Assembly: GCF_963921235.1 (NCBI RefSeq)
Contig: NC_086108.1
Span: 90,336,001 to 90,400,000 of the forward strand
Direction: 5' to 3'
Origin: Mobula hypostoma
Taxonomy: Eukaryota
DNA length: 64,000 nt
Shown: positions 37,761-51,596 of the stretch, piece by piece
Numbering within the stretch: the stretch's first letter is position 1
Layout: every line of letters begins with the position of its first letter
Position numbers and translations under genes: made by a program
Notes under the pieces: generated by a model
What the model was told of the DNA's origin: nothing
Databases searched by the model: none
The model's input: the letters and a program-made list of their open reading frames with translations, nothing else

Positions 37761-38920
37761 CCTTAGAAAATGGATTTCATTATTTCATTAAACTATTTGC
37801 ATTTGTTCCTTCAGCACATTTAGGTCCATTGCAAAAAATAGTGACAACACATTACTTTGTATAGAATTTCAATGTGTTCTTGAAGAACTGTGATCTTCCA
37901 GGAAAGCTGACCCTTGACTTTCAGGGGATCCATTCTTGTGGGTGGTGCTGGCTTTAGAAAACTTTGGCCATTTTGGATAAATATAGCATTTTCCTCAGTG
38001 CTGGGTGGGATTAGCCAAGGTAGCTCCTTTTCCTCTGGCATTGACAAGATTGGAAGATGGAGTCCTGATATTATATGGATATGAACATGAACTGCTGGAA
38101 ACACTAGGCAGGTTAGCCAGCATCCATGGAAGGAGAGACAGGTTCAGGTTGATGACCTTTGTCAGATGATTCTAATGGTCAGAACATTTCAAGTTGAAGA
38201 TCTTTTGTCAATTCTCTTGCCTTTTCCATTGAATACTAGCTGATCTGATGAATGGTTCTAATGTACCCAGTCGAAATGTTAAATGTATTCTGTTCCATAG
38301 ATGCTGCCTAACCTGCTGAGTTCCTCCAGCAATTTGTGTGTGTTGCTCAGCATGCCCTGGTTTTATTTTGGATTTTTATCATCTGTAGCTCTTGGTTTAT
38401 TTACTGCTGCAATTTTGCTTTTTATTTCAAAGGCAGCAAAACACTGGAGAAGGTCCAGGGAGATTCACCTGATAACTATTTGGGATGGATTATCTTTGTC
38501 ATGAGGATAGACTGGATAGTTGTTTTTTTTCCCCGTTTGAGTGGAGATGGCTGAGGGGAGACCTGATAAAGGTCAACAGAATTAGAACATTCAGTCCAGC
38601 GAGTTTCCTCTGCCATTCCATCATGGCTGATTTATCATCTCTCTCAAACCCGTTTTCGTGCATTCTCCACACAACCTTGAAAGCAGTGACTAATCCAGAA
38701 CCTATCAACTTCTGCTTTGAATATACCCCATGACTTGGCCTCCACAGCCGACTATGGCAATGAGGGGATAGATAGGTTAGATAAGTATTATATATTATCC
38801 TGTGAAAGAGGCATATATAACAAGGGGGCATAGGTTTAAGTTAAGAGTAAGAGGTTCAGTATGTTTATTTTCAGCCAGATAATGGTTGGGATTTTGAATG
38901 CACTGCCTGAGAGGAGATTC

Positions 38921-39250
38921 TCAGAATCAGGTTTATTATCACTGACATGTGTTGTGAAGTTTATTGTTTTGTGGCTGCAGTACAGTGCAGTACATAAAAT
39001 AATTACTATAAGCTGCAATAAGAAAAGTAAAGATGAGTGTTTCAAAAGTTAGTGAGGTAGTATTGAGAGGTTCATAGATATTTGGAATTCTGATGGCAGA
39101 GGGGAAGAAGCTGTTCTTAAAACATTGAGTGTGTATTTTCAGGGTCCTGTACCTCCTGCCTGATAGCAGTAATGAGGAGAGGGCATGTCCTGGATGCGGA
39201 GGGCCCTTTATGATAGATGCCACCTTCTTGAGGCACAGCCTTTTAAGAAG
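38921..39250 (-). mobile_element. Rex1/Babar-like 3' fragment
   Basis: ASIIKGPPHPGHALSSLLLSGRRYRTLKIHTQCFKNSFFPSAIR. Confidence 0.8.
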
Positions 39251-39309
39251 AATCTAGATGAGAACTCCATCCACCAACACATGGAAAGCCATGCATAAAG
39301 TTTTGGTAA

Positions 39310-39745
39310 AGCAAGATAGTATAGACGCGTTCTTAATCATCGTCATGGCTCCGCCTGTCTAAGTAGACACTGGGGGGGCGCAGACCTGGATGATGAATAT
39401 GGAGTTCCTGGGCTGCCCAGACATCAAGATCCCCCTCTCGGCCTTGCGGATGTGGTCCAAAGGAATGCGAAGCAGTACATTTGGCATCAGCTTGGCTGCA
39501 GGAGTTGCCGGGAGGTGACGTGATACGTCATCCAACCACCTTAGGGGCTCCACTCTGGATTTGTGTAGGGTTTACTCTGTAGCCTTCTCTTCTCCCGAAG
39601 ATACCCACAAGGCAGTGGGATCCGTAACCCTGGATAGGGGCCCATACCGGGTACTGTCAGCCGGAGCCAGCTGAGCCCAGGACTCGTGTAAGGCAGGGTC
39701 GTCACGCCCTGTAGTAGTGACATATGGAGCCACTACCCACTATGG
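39310..39745 (-). mobile_element. Probable RTE-related non-coding repeat
   Basis: GC/CpG-rich block with taaaccctacac..ggagccccta resembling RTE 5' UTR motifs also seen near 61740. Confidence 0.4.
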
Positions 39746-40399
39746 GTACTTAATGGTCAGTAGGGATTGAGTGGGCTGGAGGGCTTGCTTTTGTGCTGTA
39801 TGACTCCTTGACTCTGACCTAATGGTTGAGATGGAAAAGAGGTTAAAAAAAGAGAAGGTGATAACTGTCGGTTTCATTCAAATAGATAAGGAAGTCTTGA
39901 TCCATGAGGTACAAAGAAGTAGAATGATATTGGATGGTAAGGCATGGGAAGAGCCTGACAAGAAATGGCTCCTCGAGGCACATGAACTTCCACTCACTTG
40001 AGCAATACGGAAATGGATATCACAAGGAGCATAAATCAGGATTCCATTCATTGTTGTGTCATAATCAGCTCATCCATATAGCTAGATCTGACAAGAAGAA
40101 CATCTGGATTATTGTCTGTAACGTGGACTCTCTCAGGTGTTTTTCAGCAAATTACATTAATGTTAAGGATTAGGGTGTAGAAAGGACAATTTTGTCGACT
40201 TAGGCACCATGAAAAATGTTTCTCTGTTGGGGTTTCTAATGTCTTCCTTCTCTGCTGGGAGATGGAGCTGATGATGTTTCCCTTCTTTGTTCTACCTCAT
40301 GTTGCTCCTGTTCTGTTCCTCCGGCCCAGGTCTTCTGGCTGCTCTTTGCCAGATCCTGCCTGATCCCTCTTGTTGGTCAGTTTATGTACCATGTAGAAC

Positions 40400-40775
40400 A
40401 TTACAATGAAGTTTCCCTCTACGCTGGGCATGTACAGGAATGTGTTCCCAAACTGATGAATGCAATGAAGCTACATCTCCTGATCATTAACAGCACTTTT
40501 TTAACTCCAGGAAGCATCACTGAAGGCAGTGTGAAAAACATTGGAAGTTTGGACACCCTGTACATATGCTTCATTTGCGTTACCCAGAAACATGCATTCA
40601 GTATCAGAAGATTCCTCTCATGATCTGCAGTGACATGATCATTGAAGAGAGGAAACCTTTCCACTTGGGTGAACAGTTGAGCCCTAACAGGAACACAAGT
40701 GAAATCAGTGTTGTGAGACCAGCTACTGTGGCAAATCCCAGTGTCCAAGGTGGCACCTGTTCCTCATGATGATGA
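40400..40775 (+). pseudogene. Possible degraded hAT (Charlie/Buster-type) transposase remnant
   Basis: Across frameshifts: KLMNAMK (compare LSNEAMKPS), IIEERKPFHLGEQL (compare IAKxxKPFTIGEEL), VPHDD (compare IPLSDDT). Confidence 0.4.
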
Positions 40776-41099
40776 AAGTTCCCTGGCTATAAAGGTCAAC
40801 ATACCCAATGCACTCCTAACCACCCGATCAAATTCTGTGGCAACTTTGAGGGATGTATGGACTTGTACCCTTGATCCTGCTGTTCCTGTTCAGCTGTTGC
40901 TGAAAATCCTGCCATTAACTTTCAAATTCCAGTATATTTATTATCAAGGTAAATTTATTACTTTAACTTTCATGGAGAGAGTATTCTGGAGTAAATAATA
41001 GGAGCTCTGGTAAGTCTGAGGCTGAAAATACATTACTAACCTATGAGTTTCAAGTAAAATGTGTTTCTAAAGTTCTGTGGGAGGAGGCTGTTTAAATAC

Positions 41100-41618
41100 T
41101 TGGTACTGTGTCCAGTTCTGGTTGCCTCATTATAGGAAGGATGTGGAAGCATTGGAAAGGGTACAGAGGAGATTTACCAGGATGCTGCCTGGTTTAGAGA
41201 GTATGCATTATGATCAGAGATTAAGGGAGCTAGGGCTTTACTCTTTGGAGAGAAGGAGGATGAGAGGAGACATGATAGAGGTGTACAAGATAATAAGAGG
41301 AATAGATAGAGTGGATAGCCAGTGCCTCTTCCCCATGGCACCACTGCTCAATACAAGAGGACATGGCTTTAAGGTAAGGGGTGGGAAGTTCAAGGGGGAT
41401 ACTAGAGGAAGGTTTTTTACTCAGAGAGTGGTTGGTGCGTGGAATGCACTGCCTGAGTCAGTGGTGGAGGCAGATACGCTAGTGAAGTTTAAAAGACTAC
41501 TAGACAGGTATACGGAGGAATTTAAGGTGGGGGGTTATATGGGAGGCAGGGTTTGAGGGTTGGCACAACATTGTGGACCGAAGGGCCTGTATTGTGCTGT
41601 ACTATTCTATGTTCTATG
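41100..41618 (+). mobile_element. Young 5'-truncated CR1 LINE with an open ORF2 C-terminus
   Basis: Uninterrupted YCVQFWLPHYRKDVEALERVQRRFTRMLPGL...WNALP; TTCTATG-type tail; 7-bp TSD TAAATAC at 41093-41099 and 41619-41625. Confidence 0.92.
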
Positions 41619-42409
41619 TAAATACGGGGATGTCTTTACTTCTGGTCCATTCCCGTTGATCAACCCTGTGCAATCTGACTTTGCCCTACCAATTCCAACA
41701 ATAAAGTCATTAGTGTTATCACTGAGGTATCTATTGAGTGAATTCTTCAGCTGCTAAATGCTGGTGATGACACATGCCGTTAACTGAAGCACTCATAGCA
41801 TTGGAAGGTGTGTGAACAGACTGCAATGAGTTTTGAAGCAGTGCAGTCAAGAGTCCTTCTGTAAAAGGACTGCAGGGCATAGTTTTTGTTAGGCATTCAG
41901 GAAAGACGGTATGTTTACAGTAAGATGGTGCTGGACACAGCGGCCACTCTGGGTCCAATCAAAGGAGTATTTGTTCGTATTTTACGTCTTTTTTATGATT
42001 TCAAGTTGCTATTGCATACCGAGACTATCAAGTACTGCAGGACTATCCCATCAGCAAGTTGCTCAATAGCGATGGAGCCAGACTTGTTGTGTACTGTTGT
42101 GATATCACCTGGACTTGATGTGTACCATTGGATGGTGCACAGTGCAAGTGATTGTTTTGCATGTTTTTATTGAGATCTTTTCAGAGTAGTGCTTTGATTA
42201 GTAACAAATTCAACAAAGCAGATGACACTAAAGTTGTGCTTTACAAGTTGAATAACTTCTGTAGATTGGACTTTAAAATTTTCATTATGACACCACCTTT
42301 TGGCCTTCTACCTTCTCTCGGCTATTTTGTTTCCAGTTGTTAATGGAAAACCAATGACTTGATTTCTTCACTCCCCTCATACACTCCAAATGTGCTTATT
42401 GTCTCCACT

Positions 42410-42700
42410 TATCACCTACAACTCTGTTACTATCCTCAACTTCCCTCCTACACCTGACTCCATCTGTCAGTCAATCCCTCCTCACCTGAAAACACCTGTT
42501 GATTTATAGTTCTTGTCCGACCCCTACCCCTCACCTCTTTATACTTGCTAACTCCCCTCGACTCTTCTAGCCCCGCTGAAGAGCCACAACTTGAAATGTT
42601 GCCTCTATTTTCCTTCACAAATGTTGCCTGACCTGCTGAGTCCCTCCAACAGATCATATATTGCTTCAGATTCCAGCATCTGCAGTCTTTTGTGTCTCTG
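42410..42700 (+). mobile_element. Old Penelope terminal-repeat fragment
   Basis: Pyrimidine-rich tract, degenerate ctgaaga..gaaatgttg, then gcctgacctgctgagt..ttccagcatctgcagtc. Confidence 0.65.
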
Positions 42701-45267
42701 TTTAAATTTGTCGCCAGTGAACATCATTTCCTCGGGGAACATCTTCCAGATAGTCCACAAAACTCTGTATTTCACTTCTTCTACATCTTTTTTAATTTAA
42801 ATGTGTTTCTGGTACTATCAGAGTCTGCGATTTACAGTTCGAAGTTTGATTGATCTAGTGCTTTGCTGTCTCCAAGTAAATCCTAGGAGGTGAGTGACCT
42901 CGGGCAAAGAAGCTGGGAACCCATGATCAACTCCACTTCTTGCCAATTAAGGTGTCGAGGAAGATTGAAATATCGAGGTGAATGCGGAAGTTGTGCAAGT
43001 GTTCAGTGCCAATTACCAGCCTCTCACTCACTGCTGGAGATGGTGTCTGTGTCTGATAAATCTCTCCCTGGCTGCCACTGAGGGAAGGCCTCCGTGGTAT
43101 CTCTCTCCCTCAGTGCTGTCGGAGGAAGTTACCAATATTCTGTGATTTATGGATTGAGCTGTGGACTGTAGTTCAAACTGGAGGACTTCAGTTTTATGTT
43201 TTTATATTCTGTGTTTTCATCCGTTCTTTGTTGTTGCTGTTTGCGTGATTTGTTAGTTTTTTTGTGTGGAGGTGGGGATTAGGTTTGGTGCTGTTGCTGC
43301 CATTTGCTTTTTTTTTGTGTGTGTGGGGGGGGTGTTTTGATGTTCTTGTTACAGTTGCAGCTGATCCAATTTTCTGGCAACTAATTTCATGTGTATTTCA
43401 CACATGGTCCTGTAATTTCACCACAGATAATGCCTTAAACATTTATGTAATCACTTTAAATTCATTCCTTTTGATAAATCAAATGAGTTTTCATCTCCTT
43501 GTCATAAAATTCATTGCTCTGATCAGTAGAATGGATTTCACATACCTTGAGCTGAAGACAACAGCGAGAAATCAAAGAAAATTCTCATTATGTAGTTCAG
43601 TAAGTTTAGACTAGTTCTTAAACTAGTTTTGTAAGATCGTCCTTCCACTGTGTTCCATTGATTTACTTTTTTATCAGTATCTGGAGCAATGAATTTTACT
43701 GTATGAAAGGAGTAAATTTAATAATACAATTTTAATAGTTAGATTTGAGATTTTCTCTTCAAGATTTATTGTATTGTTTTTATTCTAATAGGATACAACA
43801 AACATTTCTCAATGATCGATGGTGACTGTATCAGCTGAACCTGCCCCAGCCACAAATGTGCAACCTGCAAGCCTTGACTGAGTGCTTCATACAGTACAGT
43901 CAGAGATTTAATGTGATCAAGCTTAAGAAAGGACAAGTGCCTCTGTTTGCGGGGGGGGGGGGGCGGTGAAGGATTGAGGGGATTGACAAACATCAAAAGA
44001 TGTTCAGTTTAGATCGTTAATTATCTTCTGGTGCAGGCCTTGTTATTGAAAGGGGAAAAAAAAGCATGGATTTGAGTTACTGATCATAAAGAAAAAGATG
44101 CTGATACAGCAGGTTGTCGATCTCGTAAACATACTTCTGAAGTGTTACCCAGAGAAAAGCAGCAAGCACCTTATTGTCAGTGTATCATATAGGAAAAATT
44201 AAAACCAATCAATTCTAGCTTGCTCTCTTTAAAAGTTTATAATACTGTATTAGAAATTCTACCAGCAGATGTAACAACTATATAAAAAAAAAGGACCAGA
44301 AAAATAAAATCAAATGTGAAAATACCGAGGTGTCAGAGAACAACCCCATCAGTTGATAGAGGATTTGGCCTAGATAAGTTGGAATCTCAGGTCATGGGGG
44401 ATAATTTTGGTACTAGATGAGAAATATAGCTGCAAAGAAAAAAAAACACTACAGAAAGCACAGAAATCTACCCCAGAGAGTGAGGCGTTTTGACATATCC
44501 TACCCAGGGTGTCCAGAAATGGATTTTAGGTCTATCCTCATTTCCCAGCTCTTAGTCCACAACTTTACAGGCTGTGGTTATTGAAATGTTCATGAGGTAA
44601 AGGTTTCTGCTCTGTTAATCTTTCATGCAGTGATTTTCAGACCCACACTGCACATTGACTGAGAACAAATTACCTCAGTTCCCCTTTGACCAATTACTTT
44701 AAATTTATGCTTCTTAATCATTGTTGTCTCTGCTAAAGGAAACTGTTCTACTCTGTTTCTAATCTCTACTTGTTGTCAATGTCTCAGAATTTTAACTTGA
44801 TCAAATTTTCACTGAGTTCTTTGTTCCAGATAAACAACTGTTCTTTATATAACCTAAAACACAATATATTATAAAATACAAAACACAAATAAATAAATAA
44901 AGTCTAATATACTTTATTCTTACCTTGAAACTGTATAATTCAAGTGGGCTCATAGAACATGCAGATTCCCCAGAAGTGCTGGGGAACTCTAGAAAGCTCC
45001 CAACCCATCAGTAGATCCTTGGTTGAGTTCAGTATTGGACTAGAGTGGTCTACTATGCAGAACTTGTCAAAGGCCTTGGTTAAGTCCCCTGTAGACACTG
45101 TTCACTGCATGTTTGTCATTAATTCTCTTGGGTCACCTTGTCAAAATACGCAATTCAATTCATGAGACAAGACTGCTTATGCACAAATCCATAAATAGTC
45201 CTTGCCTTTCTAAATAGATCCTATTTCTCGGAATTCTTCCGGTAACTTTCCACCACTTATGTTAGTC

Positions 45268-45640
45268 CGATGCCTTGGAAGCAGCTGAACACAGCCGACA
45301 CTGAGTCCATCCGTCTGAAAACTTCGAGCTTCCGACCAGCCTCTCCGATACAGCCTCCCGAGTGCCATCCTCTGCCAAGCGCCTTCGACCTCGCCCCGGC
45401 TGCTGAAACACGCAAAGCCGAGGATTTCAGGGCCTTCTGCTCCGGAGATTCTGGTTACCATACAGTAGCAGTGGCAGCGAAGCGGGCATTTCAGAAGTTT
45501 TCCAGATGTTCCTCTGTACTCTCACATCTGTCTCCATCGAATCAGGATTGTGCACGGTCCCCTACTTGACAGATAACAGACATCACCACCAAAGTGGCCG
45601 CGCGCGCTGCCGTCGCGCCGCCATCTTCTCCTCCTCCATC
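45268..45640 (-). mobile_element. 5' part of the AAGATGGCG-type non-autonomous element
   Basis: Reverse complement is collinear with 6137-6490. Confidence 0.75.
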
Positions 45641-45649
45641 TTTTTAAGA

Positions 45650-48133
45650 ATTAGGGATTTTAACATGAAAGTGAATTGGGAAAACCAGGTCAGTGCTGGA
45701 CCTCGAGAGAGAATTTGTAGAATGTCTAAGGGATGGCTTTTTAGAACAACTTAAGTTGAGGCCACTAGGGAATCGGCTGTGCAGGATTGTGTGTTGTGCA
45801 AAGATCTGGAGGTGATAAGAGAGCTTAAGGTTAATGAACACTTAGGGAACAGTGATCACAATATGATCGAGTTCACATTGAAATTTGAGAGGGAAAAAAT
45901 AAAATCCAATATGTCGGTACTTCAGTGGAACAAAGGAAATTACAATGGCGTGAGAGGGGACCTGGCCAAAGTTGACTGGAAAGGGACATTGCAGGAAGGA
46001 CAGCAGAGCAGCAATGGCTGGAGTTTCTGCGAAAAATGAGGGAAGTGCAAGACAGATATATTCCAAATGAGAAGAAATTTTCAAAGGGATGAAGAACACT
46101 ACAGTGGCTGACAAGTGAAGTCAGAGCCAAAGTAAAAGCAAAAGAGAAGGCATACAAGAATGCCAGAGCTATTGGGAAGATAGAGGATTGGGAAGCTTGT
46201 AGAAACTTGCAGAATGAAACTAAGAAGGTCATTATGAAGGAAAAGATGAATTATGAAAAGGTGCTGGCGACTAATATCAAAGAAGATACTAAAAGTTTTT
46301 TTAAGTATATAAAAGGGATAAGAGAGTTGAGGATATATATATATAGGACCGATACAAAATGACGCTGGAGATATTGTAATGAGAGACGCAGAGATGGCAG
46401 AGGAACTGAATGCGTATTTTACATCAGTCTTCACAGTGGAAGATGTCTGCAGTATACCGAACATTCAAGAGTGTCGGAAGTGAAGCTTGTGTAGTGAAAA
46501 TTACGACTGAGAAGGTGGTCAGGAAGCTTAATTGACTGAGGGTGATAAATCTCCTGGACCTGATGAAATGCACCCTCGGGTTCTGAAAGAAGTGGCTGGA
46601 GAGATTGTGGAGGCATTAACAATGATCTTTTAAGAATCGATAGATTCTGGCATTGTACTGGATGACTAGAAAATTGCAAATGTTACTCTGCTATTTAAGA
46701 AGGGTGGGAGGCAGCAGAAAAGAAACTATAGACCTGTTAGCCTGACATCAGTGGTTGGGAAGTTGTTGGAATCGATTGTTAAGGATGAGATTACGGAGTA
46801 CCTGGAGGCACATGACAAGATAGGCCAGAGTCAGCATGGTTTTCTGAAAGGAAAATCCTGCCTGACAAACCTACTAAAATTCTTTGAGGAAATTACAAGC
46901 AGGGTAGACAAAGGAGATGCAGTAGACGTGGTGTACTTGGATTTTCATAAGGTCTTTGACTAGGTGCCCCACATGAGGCTGCTTAGCAAGATGAGAACCC
47001 ATGGAATTACAGGGAAGTTACTATCATGGGTGGAGCATTGGCTGGTCGGCAGAAAACAGAGAGTGGGAATAAAGGGATCCTATTCTCACTGGCTGCTGGG
47101 TACCAATGGAGATCCACAGGGGTCGCTGTTGGGACCACTGCTTTTTACAATGTATGTCAATGATTTGGACTATGGTATTAATGGATTTGTGGCTAAATTT
47201 GCCGATGATACAAAGATAAGTGGACGAGAGGGTAGTGTTTAGGAAACAGAGAGCCTGCAGAGAGACTTGTTTAGGGGAATGGGTAAAGTGGCAAATGAAA
47301 TACAATGTTGGAAAATGTATGGTCATGCACGTTGGTGGAAGAAATAAATGGGCAGACTATTATTTAGATGGGGAGAGAATTCAAAATGCAGAGATGCAAA
47401 GGGTCTTGGGAGTCCTTGTGCAAGATACCCTAAAAGATAACCTCCAGGTTGAGTGGGTTGTGAAGAAGGTGAATGCAATGTTGGCATTCATTTCTGCAGC
47501 TAAAGAATATAAGACATAAGAGCAGGGATGTGATGTTGGGGCTTTATAAGGCACCCGTGAGACCACATTTGAGTTATTGTGTGCAGTTTTGGGCTCCTTA
47601 TTTTAGAAAGGATATACTGACATTGGAGAGGGTTCAGAGAAGATTCACAAGAATGATTTCAGGAATGAAAGGGTTTCCATATGAGGAATGTTTGGCAGCT
47701 CTTGGGCTGTATTCCCTGGAATTCAGGAGAATGAGGGGGGATCTCATAGAAACATTCCGAATGTTAAAAGGCCTGAACAGATTAGATATGGCAAAGTTAT
47801 TTCCCATGGTTGGTAGGGGATTCTAGATCAAGAGGGCATGACTTCAGGATTGAAGGACGTCCATTTAGAACTGAGATGTGGAGAAATTATTTTAGTCAAA
47901 GGGTGGTAAATCTGTGGAATTTGTTGCCATGGACGGCTGTGGAGGCCAGGTCATTGGGTGCATTTAATGCAGAGATAGATATGTTCTTGATTAGCCAGGG
48001 CATCAAAGGGTATGGGGTGAAGGCAGGGGAGTAGGGATGACTGGAAGAACTGGATCAGCCCATGATTGAATGCTGGAGCAGACTTGATGGGCCAAATGGC
48101 CTACTTCTGCTCCTGTATCTTATGGTCTTATGG
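45650..48133 (+). mobile_element. Long CR1 LINE ORF2 remnant (endonuclease C-terminus, RT, 3' UTR) with several stops and frameshifts
   Basis: GDFN, LGNSDHN, QHGFLKGKSCLTNL, YLDFHKVFD, PQGSLLGP, KFADDTK, YCVQFWAP; tatggtcttatgg tail. Confidence 0.95.
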
Positions 48134-48635
48134 ACATATATTTTCTCTTTTTAATTAAAAAAAACAGCTGTGAGGATTTAATGTCCTCTCAGAAATTGGA
48201 TGGCAGATGGGAAGAGGCTGTTCCTAAAGGTTCAAAGGTTAATTTTATTATCAAAGTATCTATGCAGATTACAGCTCTAAAAATTGTCTTCTCCAGATAG
48301 CCATGAAATACAGAAAACCATAGAAGTAGTTAAAAGGAAGTCATCAATCTTTCCCTTGCCTCTAGTTGTAACACCCCCCACATGAAAATAAAAAGAAAGA
48401 AAAACTTGCAAACCTCAAACCCCCTCAACCCCTCCTTCGCATAAAAGCTTATAGATCACCCACTTGGAGAAACAACATCAAGAACATCAAACTCAAACCC
48501 CCAGCCCAGGAAATCCAGTTCTGTTTTTAACTGTATAACTAATAAAAGGGAGATTGGAGCTGCCAATGGGACATAAATGGAGTAGCAGATTGCAGCAGTT
48601 AGTCCTCCGCTCTCATGACTCCAGTGACGCAAGTT

Positions 48636-49515
48636 TAAAATGGCACTACTGAACGTGGGCAGCAGATTACTGATGGTACTTAAAGAAATTTGACTAAATA
48701 CTCTGTTAATAACACTTGTTTTATATGGAAAATTGTGGTAAATGATCACCATAAACAATGAAGAGACAAATGAAGGCAACGCTGATCCGAGGGTCAAGGC
48801 ATGTGGGTGTGAGACAGAGCTGGAGCAAGGTCGAGGCGCATTCCAGAAGAAAATGGAATCAGAGTCGGTGCTGGAATTGGAGACACAGCTGGAGTAAGTG
48901 AAGTGGAGAAAAGCTGATTCTGAGCTGTCTCAGAGCCCGTCCATCTACAGCAGGTGCGAGGTTTGATCCAGCCAAGAGCCAGGCCAATTTGGAAAGGTCA
49001 AGTATGGGCTGGATCCACCCCAGGACATATCACTGTGGTGCGGCCCAGTCCCAAGTTCAGGGGATGACCTGGTACTTGTACAATTTTAACGTTGGGCCAG
49101 ATGGACCGAAAAGGCGGGAGCAGAAGCGAGAGTTGAGCCGGTTCAGCTCTGCGATGCTTTACTCGGCGCTGATGCCATGGCTGTGTCGTGTACTGGGCTT
49201 AGCATCTGTGTGCTTTTCGGTGATTTGCCTCTGCGTGATGGACGGAGACTGAGACTGTGGGCCTGTTCCGGCTGCTCTCGTATTCGGGTCTATGGACTCA
49301 ATTTCCTTCTGAACGCTGATGCTTGCTTTATTTTTTGCATGATTTGATCAGTGTTTTTATTTTCTCTCTGTGCACTGGGTGTTGGTCTTTTTTTAAAAAT
49401 TGCGTTCTTTTGGGTTTCTTGTTTTGTGGCTGCCTGTAAGCAGACAAATAGACAACTAAATATCAAGGTTGTGTAATTTTGTAATTTATACTTATTCTGA
49501 CAATAAAATGTATTC
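48636..49515 (+). mobile_element. Non-coding non-autonomous retroelement with a Rex1-type 3' tail (related to 62142-62900)
   Basis: Starts aaaatggcactactgaa (compare aagatggcgctactgaa at 62144); ends gcctgtaagcagacaaa..caaggttg..aataaaa. Confidence 0.6.
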
Positions 49516-50595
49516 TGAAAATTTTGTTGAACCCGAATGAAAACTGTGTGGGGTTTGTTTATTTTCCATTAACCTTGTGGTTTTTCTCAAGGTGCTTCCC
49601 CCCCACCCCCCAAACTAATGCCTCAAAGATGTTTTGATCTGTTAATTCATCAATGTAAATTGCTCCTAGTGTAGGTGAGTGGTGAGTGAATATTGGGAGA
49701 TGTGTGTAAAAGAGCACATGAGAGAAAATAGATTACAGGGAAAATATTGGTTGAATATCATAGATGAGATTGCTCTGCAAGCTGGCATACTCTTGTTGAG
49801 TTGTATGGCTTCCCTCTGTGATGTAAGAAAATACGAAACGTAATAGAACAAAACCTTCTTATGAGCTGAGACACCATAGTCGAGGCATCAGATGAGCAAT
49901 TTGTTTCTGCCTTTATTATAGAAGAGTAAGTTGCTGATGTAAGAGAAAAAGGAGAGTTTGCACTGAAATTGAATGAATTTTTTTGAAAATGAGACATTTT
50001 TCATGATTGTAAGTGTTGTCACACCATCCAGATGGAATGCACTCTAGATGACTTTGGGCAATAATACACCTGGTCTTAATTTTCCGTTTTCCTTGTGATA
50101 GCAAAAGATTAGCAGTTTGGAAATGTTATACTCTTGTTCAATAAAGTGGATCAAGATTAATTAATGGCTTCAGGTTAATCAGCTTAATGTTGTTTTGGCA
50201 AACTTTGGAGACGATCTTGAACAAAAGGAATTGGCATCTGGTAAAGAATAGGCTAAGAAATACTTCCTTTGTTTGCCCAACTTAATTGAATTCTTTGATG
50301 AAGTAACAATAGAGTTGATATTACCTAAATGTATTATCTAACGTTACATTTGATTAGGTACCAAATCATAGAATTATTAACAAAGCTAAAGACCATCGGA
50401 TTAATGGGACAATGGCTGTGTGGATAATAAAACTGGATTTTCCAAATTGATGGAAGTATTCAGTGATTTCTGTAAGATACTTGTTAGAACTAGTATTCTT
50501 TGTTATGTTAATAACCTCATATATCACACATTGTATTTCCAAATTTATATATTTCCTCAACATAGAAAGAGACCCTATTGAGTGCCTTCTCTATG

Positions 50596-50730
50596 ATGGT
50601 CCTGATGTAAGGTTTTGATCTGACATGTCGACAGTTCCTTCCCTCCCACAGGTGCTGCTGAACCCACTGAGTTCCTTCAGTAGATAGTTTGTTGCTACAG
50701 ATTCCAGATCTGCAGTCTCTTGTGTCTTCT
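50596..50730 (+). mobile_element. Old Penelope terminal-repeat fragment with a degenerate hammerhead core
   Basis: gtcctgatgtaagg..gacatgtcgacag..attccagatctgcagtc. Confidence 0.6.
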
Positions 50731-51596
50731 CTGGATGGGTGTTGCCTTGAAATTCGTTGGCTACGCTGGTGACATTATTCCCATTTTGGCTCTCTATATT
50801 GCTGCAGATTTGTAAGAAAATAAAATGGCATTGATCATTCATTCCTGAGATAATTGCCTTCTGAGGCAGATAATTTGCAGAGCTTCCTGAAGGCGAGTAA
50901 TATAAGTAGGTTCTGTTGTGGGATTGACCAAAGGAGGAGTAATGTGAAGAATGAAAGCAAATTGAGGAAAAATCCTCAATGGTGTGACCATCATTTTTGG
51001 CTCAACTTCTCCAAAACCAATCTCAGCTGTGTTGGATGCGGACAGTTTCCTCACAGATTATTATTGTTTGAATTGAATCTATCTCCCAGGTCTGAAGATT
51101 GGCTATTTGAACAAAGGGCCAATGATGAGTTTCTTTTTTCAATTGTACGGCATAGAAACAGACATGTCTATATTTGGTTTTAGGTTTTGGCTTATTATTG
51201 CCAAGCACTGTGGGAAAACTTTTCTTGCATACTGTTCATACAGTCCAGATCATTACACAGTGCATTGAGATAGAGCAAGGGAAAATAATAACAATTCCGA
51301 ACAGAGTGCAAGAGCTACAGAGAAAGTGCAGTGCAATAGAAGTTCAAGTTCAGGGTCGTAACAATGTACATTATGAGGTCAAGAAACCATTTTATTGTAC
51401 TAAGGAACCATTGATAGTCTTATTACATCAGGGTAGAAGCTATCCTTGAGCCTGCTGGTACATGCTTTCAGGCTTTTGAATCTTCTGATGGGAAAGGAGT
51501 GAAGAGTGACATTCAAGGTGGTTGAAGTCTTTGATTGTTATGGTTGCTTTACTTAATCCCACTTGCCTGCTTAATTCCATATCCCTCTATGCTTTG

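Noticed and set aside
40600..40790. Minus-strand frame HHHEEQVPPWTLGFATVAGLTTLISLVFLLGL, reminiscent of a ZIP transporter helix
   Set aside because: The putative acceptor lies inside a CR1 fragment, the frame stops without a donor, and the opposite strand fits a hAT relic better
41077..41556. 159-aa open ORF as a host gene
   Set aside because: It is the CR1 ORF2 C-terminus inside a TSD-flanked insertion
44923..44988. Minus-strand AAG|GTAAGA donor with a short open frame FPSTSGESACSMSPLELYSFK
   Set aside because: Weak acceptor, adjacent to CR1 debris, and no recognisable homology
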